NCBI GenBank assembly: GCA_963977445.1
Contig: CAXBPH010000136.1
Coordinates: 1 to 17,891, forward strand
From: an uncultured bacterium
Lineage (GTDB): Bacteria > Hydrogenedentota > Hydrogenedentia > Hydrogenedentales > JAEUWI01
Reading direction: 5' to 3'
DNA: 17,891 bases
Shown here: positions 1 to 8,078 of the stretch, in pieces
Layout: every line of letters begins with the position of its first letter
Position numbering within the stretch: position 1 is the first letter of the stretch
Position numbers and translations under genes: made by a program
Notes under the pieces: generated by a model
The model's database searches: none
What the model saw: only the letters and a program-made list of their open reading frames with translations
Told to the model about the DNA's origin: nothing

Positions 1-1272
1 TAGACCAAAAAAATAGGAGAGGAGTCGGGTCCGTATGACCATGGCCGGCCACGCCAATAGTAAAGCGAGTAACGGAATAGTTAATTGGAAGGAGAGTATT
101 TCGCGGAGGCTGAGTTCACCGGCCGCCCAGGACTCCGTATAGATGCACCATGTGAGCCCCTTATCCTGAGAGAGCAGCACAGCGTTATTGATGGTCAATA
201 CAATCAGCCAGATTCCAAGGAGGAGAAGGCCCTGTCCGACGAGTCGGGTCGTCACCATGTCAGCGCTTCGCATTGGGTAGAGAAAGTCTGTCAGGGGATT
301 TCGAATGCCCCGTCGCATTGCGCCACCGCCCCGGAGACTGGCCCAGAACCCTACCGTCATCACAAAGACGGGCCAGATAGCCCAGCCCAGTAGAACAGAT
401 GGGAAGGTACCTGATGTGTCACCCTTTTCAAAAAACACAAAATACACCAGGAGAACCATGCCCAGAATGCATCCCATCATCAGGAAGATAATAGGCAGGA
501 GTGCACCGTCTTTACGCAGAAAGTGCCACAGGTAGGCCCACGTTGGCGAACGAAAGTGGCTGGTGTTCGCCCATAGGGGCAGCGGGAAGGCATCAGGGAA
601 TTTGACGCCCGGCTTCGTCGTTATCACTTCTCCGCATCGGGTCCGGCCCACGGCGACACAAGATACGAAGTAGACCAACGCTAAAGTCGGGAAGAAAATG
701 ACGGCCCCAACGTAGCTCGGCATACCCAGATTGTCTAAATCGCCCGGGCCCACATCGAAGACCATGCACAGAGCGGTGGCAACGACTGGAACGACGAGCG
801 CGATACTCCATGTTAGCCATGGCACTGGACGATAGAGCCAGTCAAGACCCTGTATGAACACATAAAACGCAGGGAGCAGAAAGATGAGTACCCACGAAGG
901 CCCATTTCCGAAGTAGACATGACACAGGCTGATCATCAAGACAGAGAGGATCGTGATTAACAGGGTGCGCACAGACAGCGTAAGGCCCAACAAATGTCGG
1001 GTTTCCATGGGCAACAAGAGGATTCGGCGCGAGTATCCCCCCGTAAGATTGCCCGAATTACCCATTCGGAAAAGGAGCAGAACCGCAGCCAGCATCACGG
1101 CACCAAGAGTTATGGTGAGGGCGAAGGGTTTCTGGTATTCCCAATGCATATAATTGTCGTCTAAGACCCGGATGTAGGTCATGACCAGGGTGGCGACTAC
1201 CCCGCAGGTGGCAGCTATTGCGCCACTCGTTCGTAATTCTTCCCATAGCAATGCCCGCGATTCAGGATTCAT
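1..1272 (-). CDS. Multi-pass membrane protein, probable ABC transporter permease of the Ytr-like operon (3'-partial, runs off the window start)
   Basis: Not in the ORF track. Hand translation from the ATG at 1272 (MNPESRALLWEELRTSGAIAATCGVVATLVMTY...) stays open to base 1 and has many hydrophobic segments. It contains two 'LLLPM/LYPM' loops typical of ABC-2-like permeases. The start overlaps the end of the ABC ATPase gene. Confidence 0.85.
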   Translation of the reverse strand, partial: MNPESRALLWEELRTSGAIAATCGVVATLVMTYIRVLDDNYMHWEYQKPFALTITLGAVMLAAVLLLFRMGNSGNLTGGYSRRILLLPMETRHLLGLTLSVRTLLITILSVLMISLCHVYFGNGPSWVLIFLLPAFYVFIQGLDWLYRPVPWLTWSIALVVPVVATALCMVFDVGPGDLDNLGMPSYVGAVIFFPTLALVYFVSCVAVGRTRCGEVITTKPGVKFPDAFPLPLWANTSHFRSPTWAYLWHFLRKDGALLPIIFLMMGCILGMVLLVYFVFFEKGDTSGTFPSVLLGWAIWPVFVMTVGFWASLRGGGAMRRGIRNPLTDFLYPMRSADMVTTRLVGQGLLLLGIWLIVLTINNAVLLSQDKGLTWCIYTESWAAGELSLREILSFQLTIPLLALLLAWPAMVIRTRLLSYFFGL

Positions 1273-2191
1273 GATGTGCGCCCGCCCCGTTCAGCTGAAT
1301 GCCCTTGACCCGTGCCAGGAAGATTTCATCCAGGGTCGGTACCATGGTTTCGATAAGTTGCCCACCCATTTCCTGCAGCAGCCCGTGTACGTCTTCTCGG
1401 CTCCCCGTGCAGAGGATCCGCCATTCTTTGTCGCTCCCTTCCGCATGGAGTAGCCCCACCATGTCGGGGAAAGATGCCCGCCCTTCCGAGAAACGCACGA
1501 CGATCCGATGATGGGAATCTTTTAAGCCGTCCATGGGCATATCGAGCGCCACCACACCGTCATGGATCAGTGCGATATGGTCCGACACCCGTTCCACTTC
1601 ATCGAGGAGGTGAGAGGAAAAGATGACGGTTCGCCCTTCCTCCGCCACCGAGCGGATGACTTCCCCCAGGATGTCCTTTCGCGCCACGGGGTCGAGCCCC
1701 GAGGAGGGTTCGTCGAGGAGGAGCAATTCGGGACGGTGGGCGAGGGCCATGAGGAGTCCCGCCTTGGCCTTTTCCCCCCGGGAAAGCTGTTTTATCTTGG
1801 CGTCGAGGGGGAGGCCAAAGCGATTGCGCAGGTCTTCCGCATAGGTGGGGTCCCAATCCGGGTAAAAGGCTTGGGTGTAGGCCATCAACTCCCGGACCTT
1901 CATCCACAGGGGCAAGTCGCGATCTTCGGAGAGGTAGCCGATGCGGGCCAACACCGATACTGGGTTGGCTACCGGGTCCAAACCAAAGACGCGGACGGTA
2001 CCGGTCTTGGCCATATAGGCCCCGAGTAGGTGGCGGATGAGGGTCGTCTTGCCCGCGCCGTTTTCACCCACCAGGCCAAAGACCTGTCCGGGTTTCACCG
2101 ATAGGGTGATGTCCCGCAGGGCAACGTTTTTCTTGAAGGAACGGGATAAACCGGTAACCTCAATGACCGAATCTGAAACTTCGCTACTCAT
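1262..2191 (-). CDS. ABC transporter ATP-binding protein (YtrB-like)
   Basis: Walker A GENGAGKTT, signature LSRGEK, Walker B LLLLDEP and H-loop SSH are present. The start is set at ATG 2191, which has an AGGAGG RBS and an ATGA overlap with the GntR stop. Confidence 0.95.
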   Translation of the reverse strand: MSSEVSDSVIEVTGLSRSFKKNVALRDITLSVKPGQVFGLVGENGAGKTTLIRHLLGAYMAKTGTVRVFGLDPVANPVSVLARIGYLSEDRDLPLWMKVRELMAYTQAFYPDWDPTYAEDLRNRFGLPLDAKIKQLSRGEKAKAGLLMALAHRPELLLLDEPSSGLDPVARKDILGEVIRSVAEEGRTVIFSSHLLDEVERVSDHIALIHDGVVALDMPMDGLKDSHHRIVVRFSEGRASFPDMVGLLHAEGSDKEWRILCTGSREDVHGLLQEMGGQLIETMVPTLDEIFLARVKGIQLNGAGAHHES

Positions 2192-2589
2192 TCCGTGCCC
2201 TCCTTCAGGCGATCCAATTCCGCGCTGCATTCCTGCACCAATGCGATGGTGCTATCTAAATCGAAGCCCAGGCTTCGTGCCTCAACGAGGAGGGCGTTGG
2301 CCCGCTCAGAGAGGAGACGCCGACACTCCGCTTCCGTGTAGGGGGTGCCCTGGGCAGACACGTAGGTGCCCGCACCCCGCCGCTTGTAGATGAGTCCCGC
2401 CATTTCCAGTTCCCGATAGGCCCGCACCACGGTCTGGGGGTTCACCACCAACTGCTGGGCCAATACGCGGACCGGCGGCAGTTCGTCTTCGGCCGTCAGG
2501 CGGCCCGTGGCGATAAAGTGCTTAATCTGTTGTATGAGCTGGAGGTAAAGCGGGACCCCGTCGCTCTGGCTCAAGTTGAAATGTAACAT
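2188..2589 (-). CDS. GntR family transcriptional regulator, YtrA subfamily
   Basis: The GntR wHTH reads PLYLQLIQQIK...LPPVRVLAQQLVVNPQTVVRAYRELEMAGLIYKRRGAGTYV, with a short C-terminal helical tail. It lies upstream of an ABC ATPase. The ATG at 2589 has a GGAGGG RBS. Confidence 0.95.
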   Translation of the reverse strand: MLHFNLSQSDGVPLYLQLIQQIKHFIATGRLTAEDELPPVRVLAQQLVVNPQTVVRAYRELEMAGLIYKRRGAGTYVSAQGTPYTEAECRRLLSERANALLVEARSLGFDLDSTIALVQECSAELDRLKEGTE

Positions 2590-2612
2590 CGCCACCCTCC
2601 TGGATTGTGTTG

Positions 2613-2634
2613 TTGTGTTGAGCAACCAATACAA
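2613..2634. promoter_or_regulatory. Second (imperfect) YtrA-type operator
   Basis: TTGTGTTG-N6-CAATACAA has the same geometry as the palindrome at 2661-2686, with one arm mismatch. Confidence 0.7.
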
Positions 2635-2660
2635 TTATAAAATACCGCAAGATTGCTCTT

Positions 2661-2686
2661 TATTGTATTGTTGTATCAATACAATA
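2661..2686. promoter_or_regulatory. YtrA-type GntR operator palindrome overlapping the -10 box
   Basis: Perfect inverted repeat TATTGTATTG-N6-CAATACAATA, resembling the long TGTA...TACA palindromes bound by YtrA-subfamily regulators. Confidence 0.8.
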
Positions 2687-2709
2687 TCGTAAAGCGAGGA
2701 GTTTGTCAA
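2681..2709 (-). promoter_or_regulatory. Sigma70 promoter of the GntR-ABC operon
   Basis: On the minus strand: TTGACA (2709-2704), 17 nt, TATTGT (2686-2681). Confidence 0.75.
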
Positions 2710-2782
2710 GGAGAAAGTGAGGCGCGTAGTCTATAGGGTCTGGCGTTGCAGAATGGATGTGGATCCAGACGTTCGAGAGTGG

Positions 2783-2982
2783 GCCAAAGTGGGTTAGCCT
2801 TCCAGGCTGACAAAAGGCCCACGATGCTTGCCGAGGGCACTCGGGGTCTGTGATACAGACTTGGGGTTAGAGGAAAGTGGGAAGTTAGGATGTTGCTTGT
2901 TCAAAGTCAGCTGCCCAGACAGTCGGCCCCTGCTGAACTCTGGGCTTACTCTAGTCAGCCTGGAAGGCCAACCCACTTTGGC
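2783..2982. repeat. REP doublet / REPIN-like cassette, left of the RAYT
   Basis: 29-bp terminal inverted repeats at 2783-2811 and 2954-2982 with one mismatch. Each contains GTGG followed by the hairpin GTTAGCCT-TCC-AGGCTGAC. The interior is homologous to 3815-4007. Confidence 0.9.
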
Positions 2983-3074
2983 TCGCTTTTGTGAGTGGGG
3001 GTTTCTGAACTAGTTTCAGGCTTGTGCAATAGGCGCTTAGTTGCTAGAGTGGCTAAGTCAGGAGGGTTGGGTTA

Positions 3075-3749
3075 ATGAACACCCATGATACAGAGGGGGC
3101 CGAGGAGGTTCCAGAATTCCACTCACCATTTCTGGGTCCTGATTCCCCTGTCAGGAAGGACCGAAGGCATCTACCGCACTGGCGTTTACGCAGCTCGTTT
3201 AATTATGTGACGTGGCGACTCTTTGATTCCTTGCCCCAGGAAAAGCTCAGGAATTGGATAGAGGAAAAGCGTGTCTGGCTTCAGCGTAATCCCAAGCCGT
3301 GGGACGTGCAGACGGCATACGAGTACGGAGAGCGTTTTCCAAAGAAGCTCGAAGCATGGTTGGACTTGGGCTATGGTTCGTGCTACCTGCGCAGACCGGG
3401 TTGCGGCCAAATTGTTGCCGACGCATTTCATTTTTTCGATGGGGTGCGTTACGACCTGTCCTCCTTCGTCATAATGCCCAACCATATCCACGCGCTCTTT
3501 CAGCTCCGAGGAGAATGGGAGATTGAGGACGTCAACCATTCATTAAAAAGTTTCACGGCCAACGAAATTAACAAGGTACTTGGTCGTAGGGGAGCACTCT
3601 GGCAGCAAGAGGGTTTTGACCATCTTCTGCGCGGCGTGCCACACCTTGATCGTTGCCTCTCGTATATTCGGAATAATCCAGTCGTTGCCCACCTGAACAC
3701 CGGTGAATATATCTACTATGAGGCAGCAGGATTTTCTGAGCTCTTTTAA
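3075..3749 (+). CDS. REP-associated tyrosine transposase (RAYT / TnpA-REP, Y1 HUH family)
   Basis: Motifs RRHLPHW, YVTWRL, FVIMPNHIH (HUH), KSFTA, WQQEGFDHLLR and YIRNNP (catalytic Tyr). GGAGGG RBS upstream. Flanked on both sides by REP cassettes. Confidence 0.93.
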   Translation: MNTHDTEGAEEVPEFHSPFLGPDSPVRKDRRHLPHWRLRSSFNYVTWRLFDSLPQEKLRNWIEEKRVWLQRNPKPWDVQTAYEYGERFPKKLEAWLDLGYGSCYLRRPGCGQIVADAFHFFDGVRYDLSSFVIMPNHIHALFQLRGEWEIEDVNHSLKSFTANEINKVLGRRGALWQQEGFDHLLRGVPHLDRCLSYIRNNPVVAHLNTGEYIYYEAAGFSELF

Positions 3750-3814
3750 AGAAAGTGCCTGGTGTAGCACCTATGATTGTCGGAATTGATGTGGCACCGG
3801 ATTATCGGAAGTGG

Positions 3815-4007
3815 GCCAAAGTGGGTTAGCCTTCCAGGCTGACTAAAGGCCCACGATGCTTTTCAATGAGCACTCGGAGTCTGTGATAGAGACTTGAAGT
3901 TTATAAAATACAGGATGTTGCTTGCCCCAAATAACTAGCCCAGATTGTCGGCCCCTGCTGAACTCTGGACTCGCTATTGTCAGCCTGGAAGGCTAACCCA
4001 CTTTGGC
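3815..4007. repeat. REP doublet / REPIN-like cassette, right of the RAYT
   Basis: Perfect 29-bp inverted repeats GCCAAAGTGGGTTAGCCTTCCAGGCTGAC at 3815-3843 and 3979-4007. This is a diverged direct copy of 2783-2982. Confidence 0.9.
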
Positions 4008-4047
4008 GCTCCTTCCTGGATTGGAGTCACCGTGCTCCGACATAAAA

Positions 4048-4075
4048 ATTCTAAATTCACTATTCTAAATTCACT
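4048..4075. repeat. Short tandem repeat (ATTCTAAATTCACT)x2
   Basis: Exact 14-bp duplication, built from ATTC-led heptamers, just after the stop of the 4081-5055 gene. Confidence 0.8.
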
Positions 4076-4080
4076 CTTCC

Positions 4081-5055
4081 CTACCCTGGAAACAGTGCCG
4101 CCAGAAACTCCTTTTCCGTGCCATCAAATCGTGCTTCCGCCAGAAACTCTAGTCCACGCTGATTGCCCCACGAGTAGTTGATGATCAGTTTTCCCTCAAA
4201 CTCACAATAGTCGAAATCGGAGTTGTTTCGGTTTTCTGATTCGGCGATGTGCTTGCGCTGTTCTTCGGTGAACTTGGGATTGGCGATCTTCTTGTCTTCA
4301 TCGCCCCACATCAGGAACGGGTGGATGGGTGTACGTTCCCAGTGGATGAGGTCTTTCGAGCGGACCACGCTTTGGGCATAGCCGCCCTTCATGGATTCCA
4401 GATAAAAGTCGTAGTAGTAGCCGTCCACATAGCGGAGGCAGTGGGGGGCCGTGTAGCGGTCCTTGGCGTAGTTACACTCGGGGGGCGTGAGAGTCCAGGT
4501 TTTGAGGTCCTTCGACCGTGCGAAACGTGCCGTAAAGCGGCTGCCCGCTTCTTCTTCGGGTTTGCCTATTTCGAACATGAGAATATAGCCCTCGGGATCG
4601 CGACACAGGGACGTGTTGAACATCCCATAGCCCGGCAGATCGAGGGCGTTCCAGGATTCCCACGTTTGGAGGTCCTTGGACACAAATACGTTAATTTTCT
4701 CGCCGTCCCAAATATCAACAGCGGTTACGATGGCCAAGTCGCCATCAACGGCGGCGCTGCCCAGATGGAAGCCTTCGGCAAAGGCGGGAGTGGCTTCGCC
4801 CGTTTCGTGATCGATGAATCGTGAATAGGACTTGCCCGTGGTGTTGCCCTTGTAGCGTTCCCGGACGTATTCGTAGCGATAGACCTTGCCGTTGAAGACG
4901 ACAGGCGTGGTTTCGACGAGGTCGATGTCGATAGTGCCGAGTTTTACAATTGTCGGGCCGGCCGGTGCGGCGTGGGCGGTGCCCATGGCGGCCAATGCGG
5001 CGGCGCTAGTCAGCGCGCCAAACTGGCGACGGGTAATGGTGTGTCGGTCAAACAT
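4081..5055 (-). CDS. Tat-exported beta-propeller glycoside hydrolase-like protein (GH43/32/130-like fold)
   Basis: Twin-arginine signal TRRQF...AHA. Repeated Asp-box-like motifs SKDLQTW, SKDLKTW and SKDLIHW. AGGGAG RBS. Confidence 0.8.
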   Translation of the reverse strand: MFDRHTITRRQFGALTSAAALAAMGTAHAAPAGPTIVKLGTIDIDLVETTPVVFNGKVYRYEYVRERYKGNTTGKSYSRFIDHETGEATPAFAEGFHLGSAAVDGDLAIVTAVDIWDGEKINVFVSKDLQTWESWNALDLPGYGMFNTSLCRDPEGYILMFEIGKPEEEAGSRFTARFARSKDLKTWTLTPPECNYAKDRYTAPHCLRYVDGYYYDFYLESMKGGYAQSVVRSKDLIHWERTPIHPFLMWGDEDKKIANPKFTEEQRKHIAESENRNNSDFDYCEFEGKLIINYSWGNQRGLEFLAEARFDGTEKEFLAALFPG

Positions 5056-5322
5056 GAAAATCTCCCTTGGGTTGAGTGACCACTGTAGCGGAGTGGGTCG
5101 ACGGCGGGCAACTTGGGGACACGGTATCTACCAAAGGGAAAGCTACGGGTGCCACCTACACAGACGGGAGTGCAACGAGCGACTTTGTGGGTGAAGGGTT
5201 TGTGTAGTGTCCACAACCAAGAAATTGCTTTCGAAAACGTTTGTTGCTATTGCGTTGCAATTCGAGAAATTCTATGTGACTATAAAGATGCTTGCATGAC
5301 AAGAATTGGAAAGAGAACTACA

Positions 5323-5841
5323 ATGTTTCTTGTGTCAAAAGGCAATTGCCTGCCAGTCCTGTTGCTCACGCTCCTCGCCGTGTCGCTTAACGGCTGCCAG
5401 TCCTTGTCTAATGGGTTGGATCAAGCGTCTCCCGAAGAAGAAAAAACAGTCTATCGGGACGATACGCCAATACATCTGATCGATAGTTTCATTATTGCAT
5501 GGAATGCCTATGACGATGTTCCGGTCTACCATTTCTCTAAACCGCTCGAGCAGCAAAACGATATGGATCGCGATGCGTTTGTCCAAAATGGCGCAGAAAA
5601 GTGCCGTTGGAAAGCCGATTGGTGGGGTGTTGTCCGCGAGGAGTATAGGGATGATCGTCAGCACGTCGTAGTGGACGTGAAAATGGTTGTCAGTGGAGAG
5701 GGTTACACCTCGCTGTCTACGATGCGCTTTACGTGCGACGCCGAAGGGGACCGTTGGCTGGTCTCAAATTATGAATGGGTCGGTGAGTATCTGGATCTTC
5801 GTAACTATCCAATTTGGCTGTACGAAACCGCTGAACCGTGA
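5323..5841 (+). CDS. Hypothetical lipoprotein, possible NTF2-like fold
   Basis: A hydrophobic signal followed by the lipobox LNG-C appears from ATG 5323. The C-terminal strand pattern ends EGDRWLV. The start could alternatively be ATG 5296. Confidence 0.7.
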   Translation: MFLVSKGNCLPVLLLTLLAVSLNGCQSLSNGLDQASPEEEKTVYRDDTPIHLIDSFIIAWNAYDDVPVYHFSKPLEQQNDMDRDAFVQNGAEKCRWKADWWGVVREEYRDDRQHVVVDVKMVVSGEGYTSLSTMRFTCDAEGDRWLVSNYEWVGEYLDLRNYPIWLYETAEP

Positions 5842-5842
5842 A

Positions 5843-7987
5843 TTACTCGCCTTTCGTCTCCGTAATCTCCCCCGTGTAGATCACTTCGCTCCAATCCTTA
5901 ATCCCGATGACTTCCTTCGCGAACTCTGTGGATTCCGCCTCGTTCTCCGTGTCGAGGGCCTGGAAGACATACCACACCGGCTTCTTGCCATGGGGGTCTT
6001 CCTCGTCATCGGGGAAGCGCCGGAGACCAATCCGCAAACCGCCTTCATGTCGGTTGTCCACCCAGTTGTGGAAGTGGAACATGCTCACCGAATCCAGCGC
6101 TGCCATTTTCTTCCACAGATAGGCCATGCAGGCCGCCTGGTCCCGAAGGGATTCCTCCAAGTAGTCCGGTGAGTTGGGACCCTGCTCCGTCAACTGAACG
6201 TCCCGCACAGACGTCTCCTGATAGCGATTTTCGGGCTTTTTTACCCAGGCGTCGATGACTTCCATATTTTTGAAGGTAATGCGCGGTGTGTCAAAGGAAA
6301 ACCACGCCGTGTCGTCTTCCCAGACCCGTGGGTCCCGGAGGTTTTCCGGGTAGGGGTGGTAGGCAATGGCCCAGGGAAAATCGCCTTCCGCCCGACTGAA
6401 TTGGAGCAACATTTCGAGCAATTCCTTGCCCTTGTAGCAATGGTCCGCATAGACCGAGTTCCAGTGGTGTTCCAGGGAGATATAGACCTTCGAGAAAGGA
6501 TCATACTGCCAGGCGATGAGCTGGGCCATCCGCATGGACTTGTGGTAGGCGTCCATATAGCGTAAGGCGGATTTGTCGCCCATATTGGTCCACACCCATC
6601 CCGAATTTACCTCGTTGTGCACAATCCAATGGTGGATGCGGCCAAACTCCCCATCGGGACGGCTGTAGCGTTCGGCGAGAAAGTTCAGGGCAGCCCCATA
6701 GGCGTTCACGCCCTCGGCACTCGTAAAATTGGGCATGACATAGATACCCGCCGGGTCCGCATCGGGGTGGGCCACCAAGCGGCGGAAACTTCCTTCTGGC
6801 GCTCCCGTCGCGGGACTAATCAAGATGATGGCGGAGACAACAAGGTCATGTTCTGCCGCCGTCTTCATCGTGTCGTCCAAGTGGGCGACGCCACCGTCCA
6901 CGGTATACCAGGTGCGCCCGCCGTATTCGTAGGGCATCCGTCCATCACCCGCTTCGGCGGCCATGAAACTGTTCAAGTCGATATTTACCGTCACCGCCGC
7001 GATGCCGAGGTCTTCAATATCTTCCACAGGCCGTCCGGGTGAGAATCCGCCCAACCCTTTACTGCCCCGCAGGGTGGCTTCGGCCAGCCCGGGGCGGGTC
7101 TTCACCGTATCGGCGTAATGGCCGCGAGCGCTATAGGAGATGCCCGAATCGGTTTTGAGAAGGACGGCCCAGCGGGAGTAAAGGCGGTCCCGACCATCTT
7201 CGGCGTAGCGGGGGAGGGTGTGGGTAAATCGTCCTTCCTCCGGCGATACCGCCTTTATTTCGAGAAAGGAGCTTGGGTCGCCCATGTCCCCGTAGACCGG
7301 CATTTCCACGAGCCACATAACGCCGCCACCTGCGCGCTCATCCACACCCCAGTCAGCCACGCCTTCGATGACTACGGTCGTGCTATCCACCTTGACGAGG
7401 GTGATCTCGGAGTGCTTGTCGCCACCGAGATAGGCACGCAGCAGGTCGTCTTTTGCGGCTTCCTGGGCTTTGTCTTCCGCGGCACGTGCTGCGAGGGTCC
7501 GTTCATCCTCATTGAGTTCGCGCAGCACAATATTGCGGAGCTGGGCGGTCTTTCCGGCATTTCGTCCAAAATCGATGCGCAGTTGTTTGACGGGGCCCGT
7601 CACGCGCCCCACGAGAGGAGAGAGGTCGATTCGGTGGGAAGACCACCCCTCACTCCGGCCCAGGCCCGGGCCATGAACACTGATGGCCTCCTGTGTGGGG
7701 GGCACGGCAAAGACCTGGATTTCCCCCGTGCCCGTCAGGCTGAAGTACTCGAAGGCGAGGATCGGGTTCTCGGACACGTTGATGCCCGCGGGGACTACGT
7801 CCGTAAAAAGAAAGGGGTCCGCGCCTGTCGTGGTGATTTCATAAACGCCCTCTCCAACAGAGACGAGCGTTACCTCATGGGGACCAGCCTCGCTCAGCGA
7901 TAAGAGCACGGGCTCCGCACGAATATCGCACGGAAAAACGGCGTGTAGAAGGGGGAGCAGAGTAAGTAAAAGTAAGCGAGGGGTCAT
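5843..7987 (-). CDS. Secreted DUF5722-type putative glycoside hydrolase (clan GH-A-like TIM barrel)
   Basis: Signal peptide MTPRLLLLTLLPLL and AAGGAAG RBS at ATG 7987. Motifs SKGL, WIVHNEVN (candidate acid/base), AYHPYP and LTEQG (candidate nucleophile). Confidence 0.82.
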   Translation of the reverse strand: MTPRLLLLTLLPLLHAVFPCDIRAEPVLLSLSEAGPHEVTLVSVGEGVYEITTTGADPFLFTDVVPAGINVSENPILAFEYFSLTGTGEIQVFAVPPTQEAISVHGPGLGRSEGWSSHRIDLSPLVGRVTGPVKQLRIDFGRNAGKTAQLRNIVLRELNEDERTLAARAAEDKAQEAAKDDLLRAYLGGDKHSEITLVKVDSTTVVIEGVADWGVDERAGGGVMWLVEMPVYGDMGDPSSFLEIKAVSPEEGRFTHTLPRYAEDGRDRLYSRWAVLLKTDSGISYSARGHYADTVKTRPGLAEATLRGSKGLGGFSPGRPVEDIEDLGIAAVTVNIDLNSFMAAEAGDGRMPYEYGGRTWYTVDGGVAHLDDTMKTAAEHDLVVSAIILISPATGAPEGSFRRLVAHPDADPAGIYVMPNFTSAEGVNAYGAALNFLAERYSRPDGEFGRIHHWIVHNEVNSGWVWTNMGDKSALRYMDAYHKSMRMAQLIAWQYDPFSKVYISLEHHWNSVYADHCYKGKELLEMLLQFSRAEGDFPWAIAYHPYPENLRDPRVWEDDTAWFSFDTPRITFKNMEVIDAWVKKPENRYQETSVRDVQLTEQGPNSPDYLEESLRDQAACMAYLWKKMAALDSVSMFHFHNWVDNRHEGGLRIGLRRFPDDEEDPHGKKPVWYVFQALDTENEAESTEFAKEVIGIKDWSEVIYTGEITETKGE

Positions 7988-8078
7988 GAAAACTTCCTTG
8001 GTGATGTCGAATTGGAGCCCCAGTATGCCAGATAGGGGGAATGCGTTGTGAGGGAGAAGCGCGCGGGATGTCGTGCAC

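Noticed and set aside
85..2393. Plus-strand ORFs opposite the permease/ABC/GntR operon
   Set aside because: Antisense shadow ORFs typical of GC-rich coding DNA, with no motifs.
2794..3013. Short ORFs 2794-2976 (-) and 2828-3013 (+) within the left REP cassette
   Set aside because: They are not preserved in the homologous right cassette, and have no RBS or recognisable motif.
2783..4007. CRISPR array or classical IS interpretation of the four 29-bp repeats
   Set aside because: The repeats alternate in orientation and the intervening sequences are homologous rather than unique spacers. No cas genes or target-site duplication were seen, and the enclosed gene is a RAYT.
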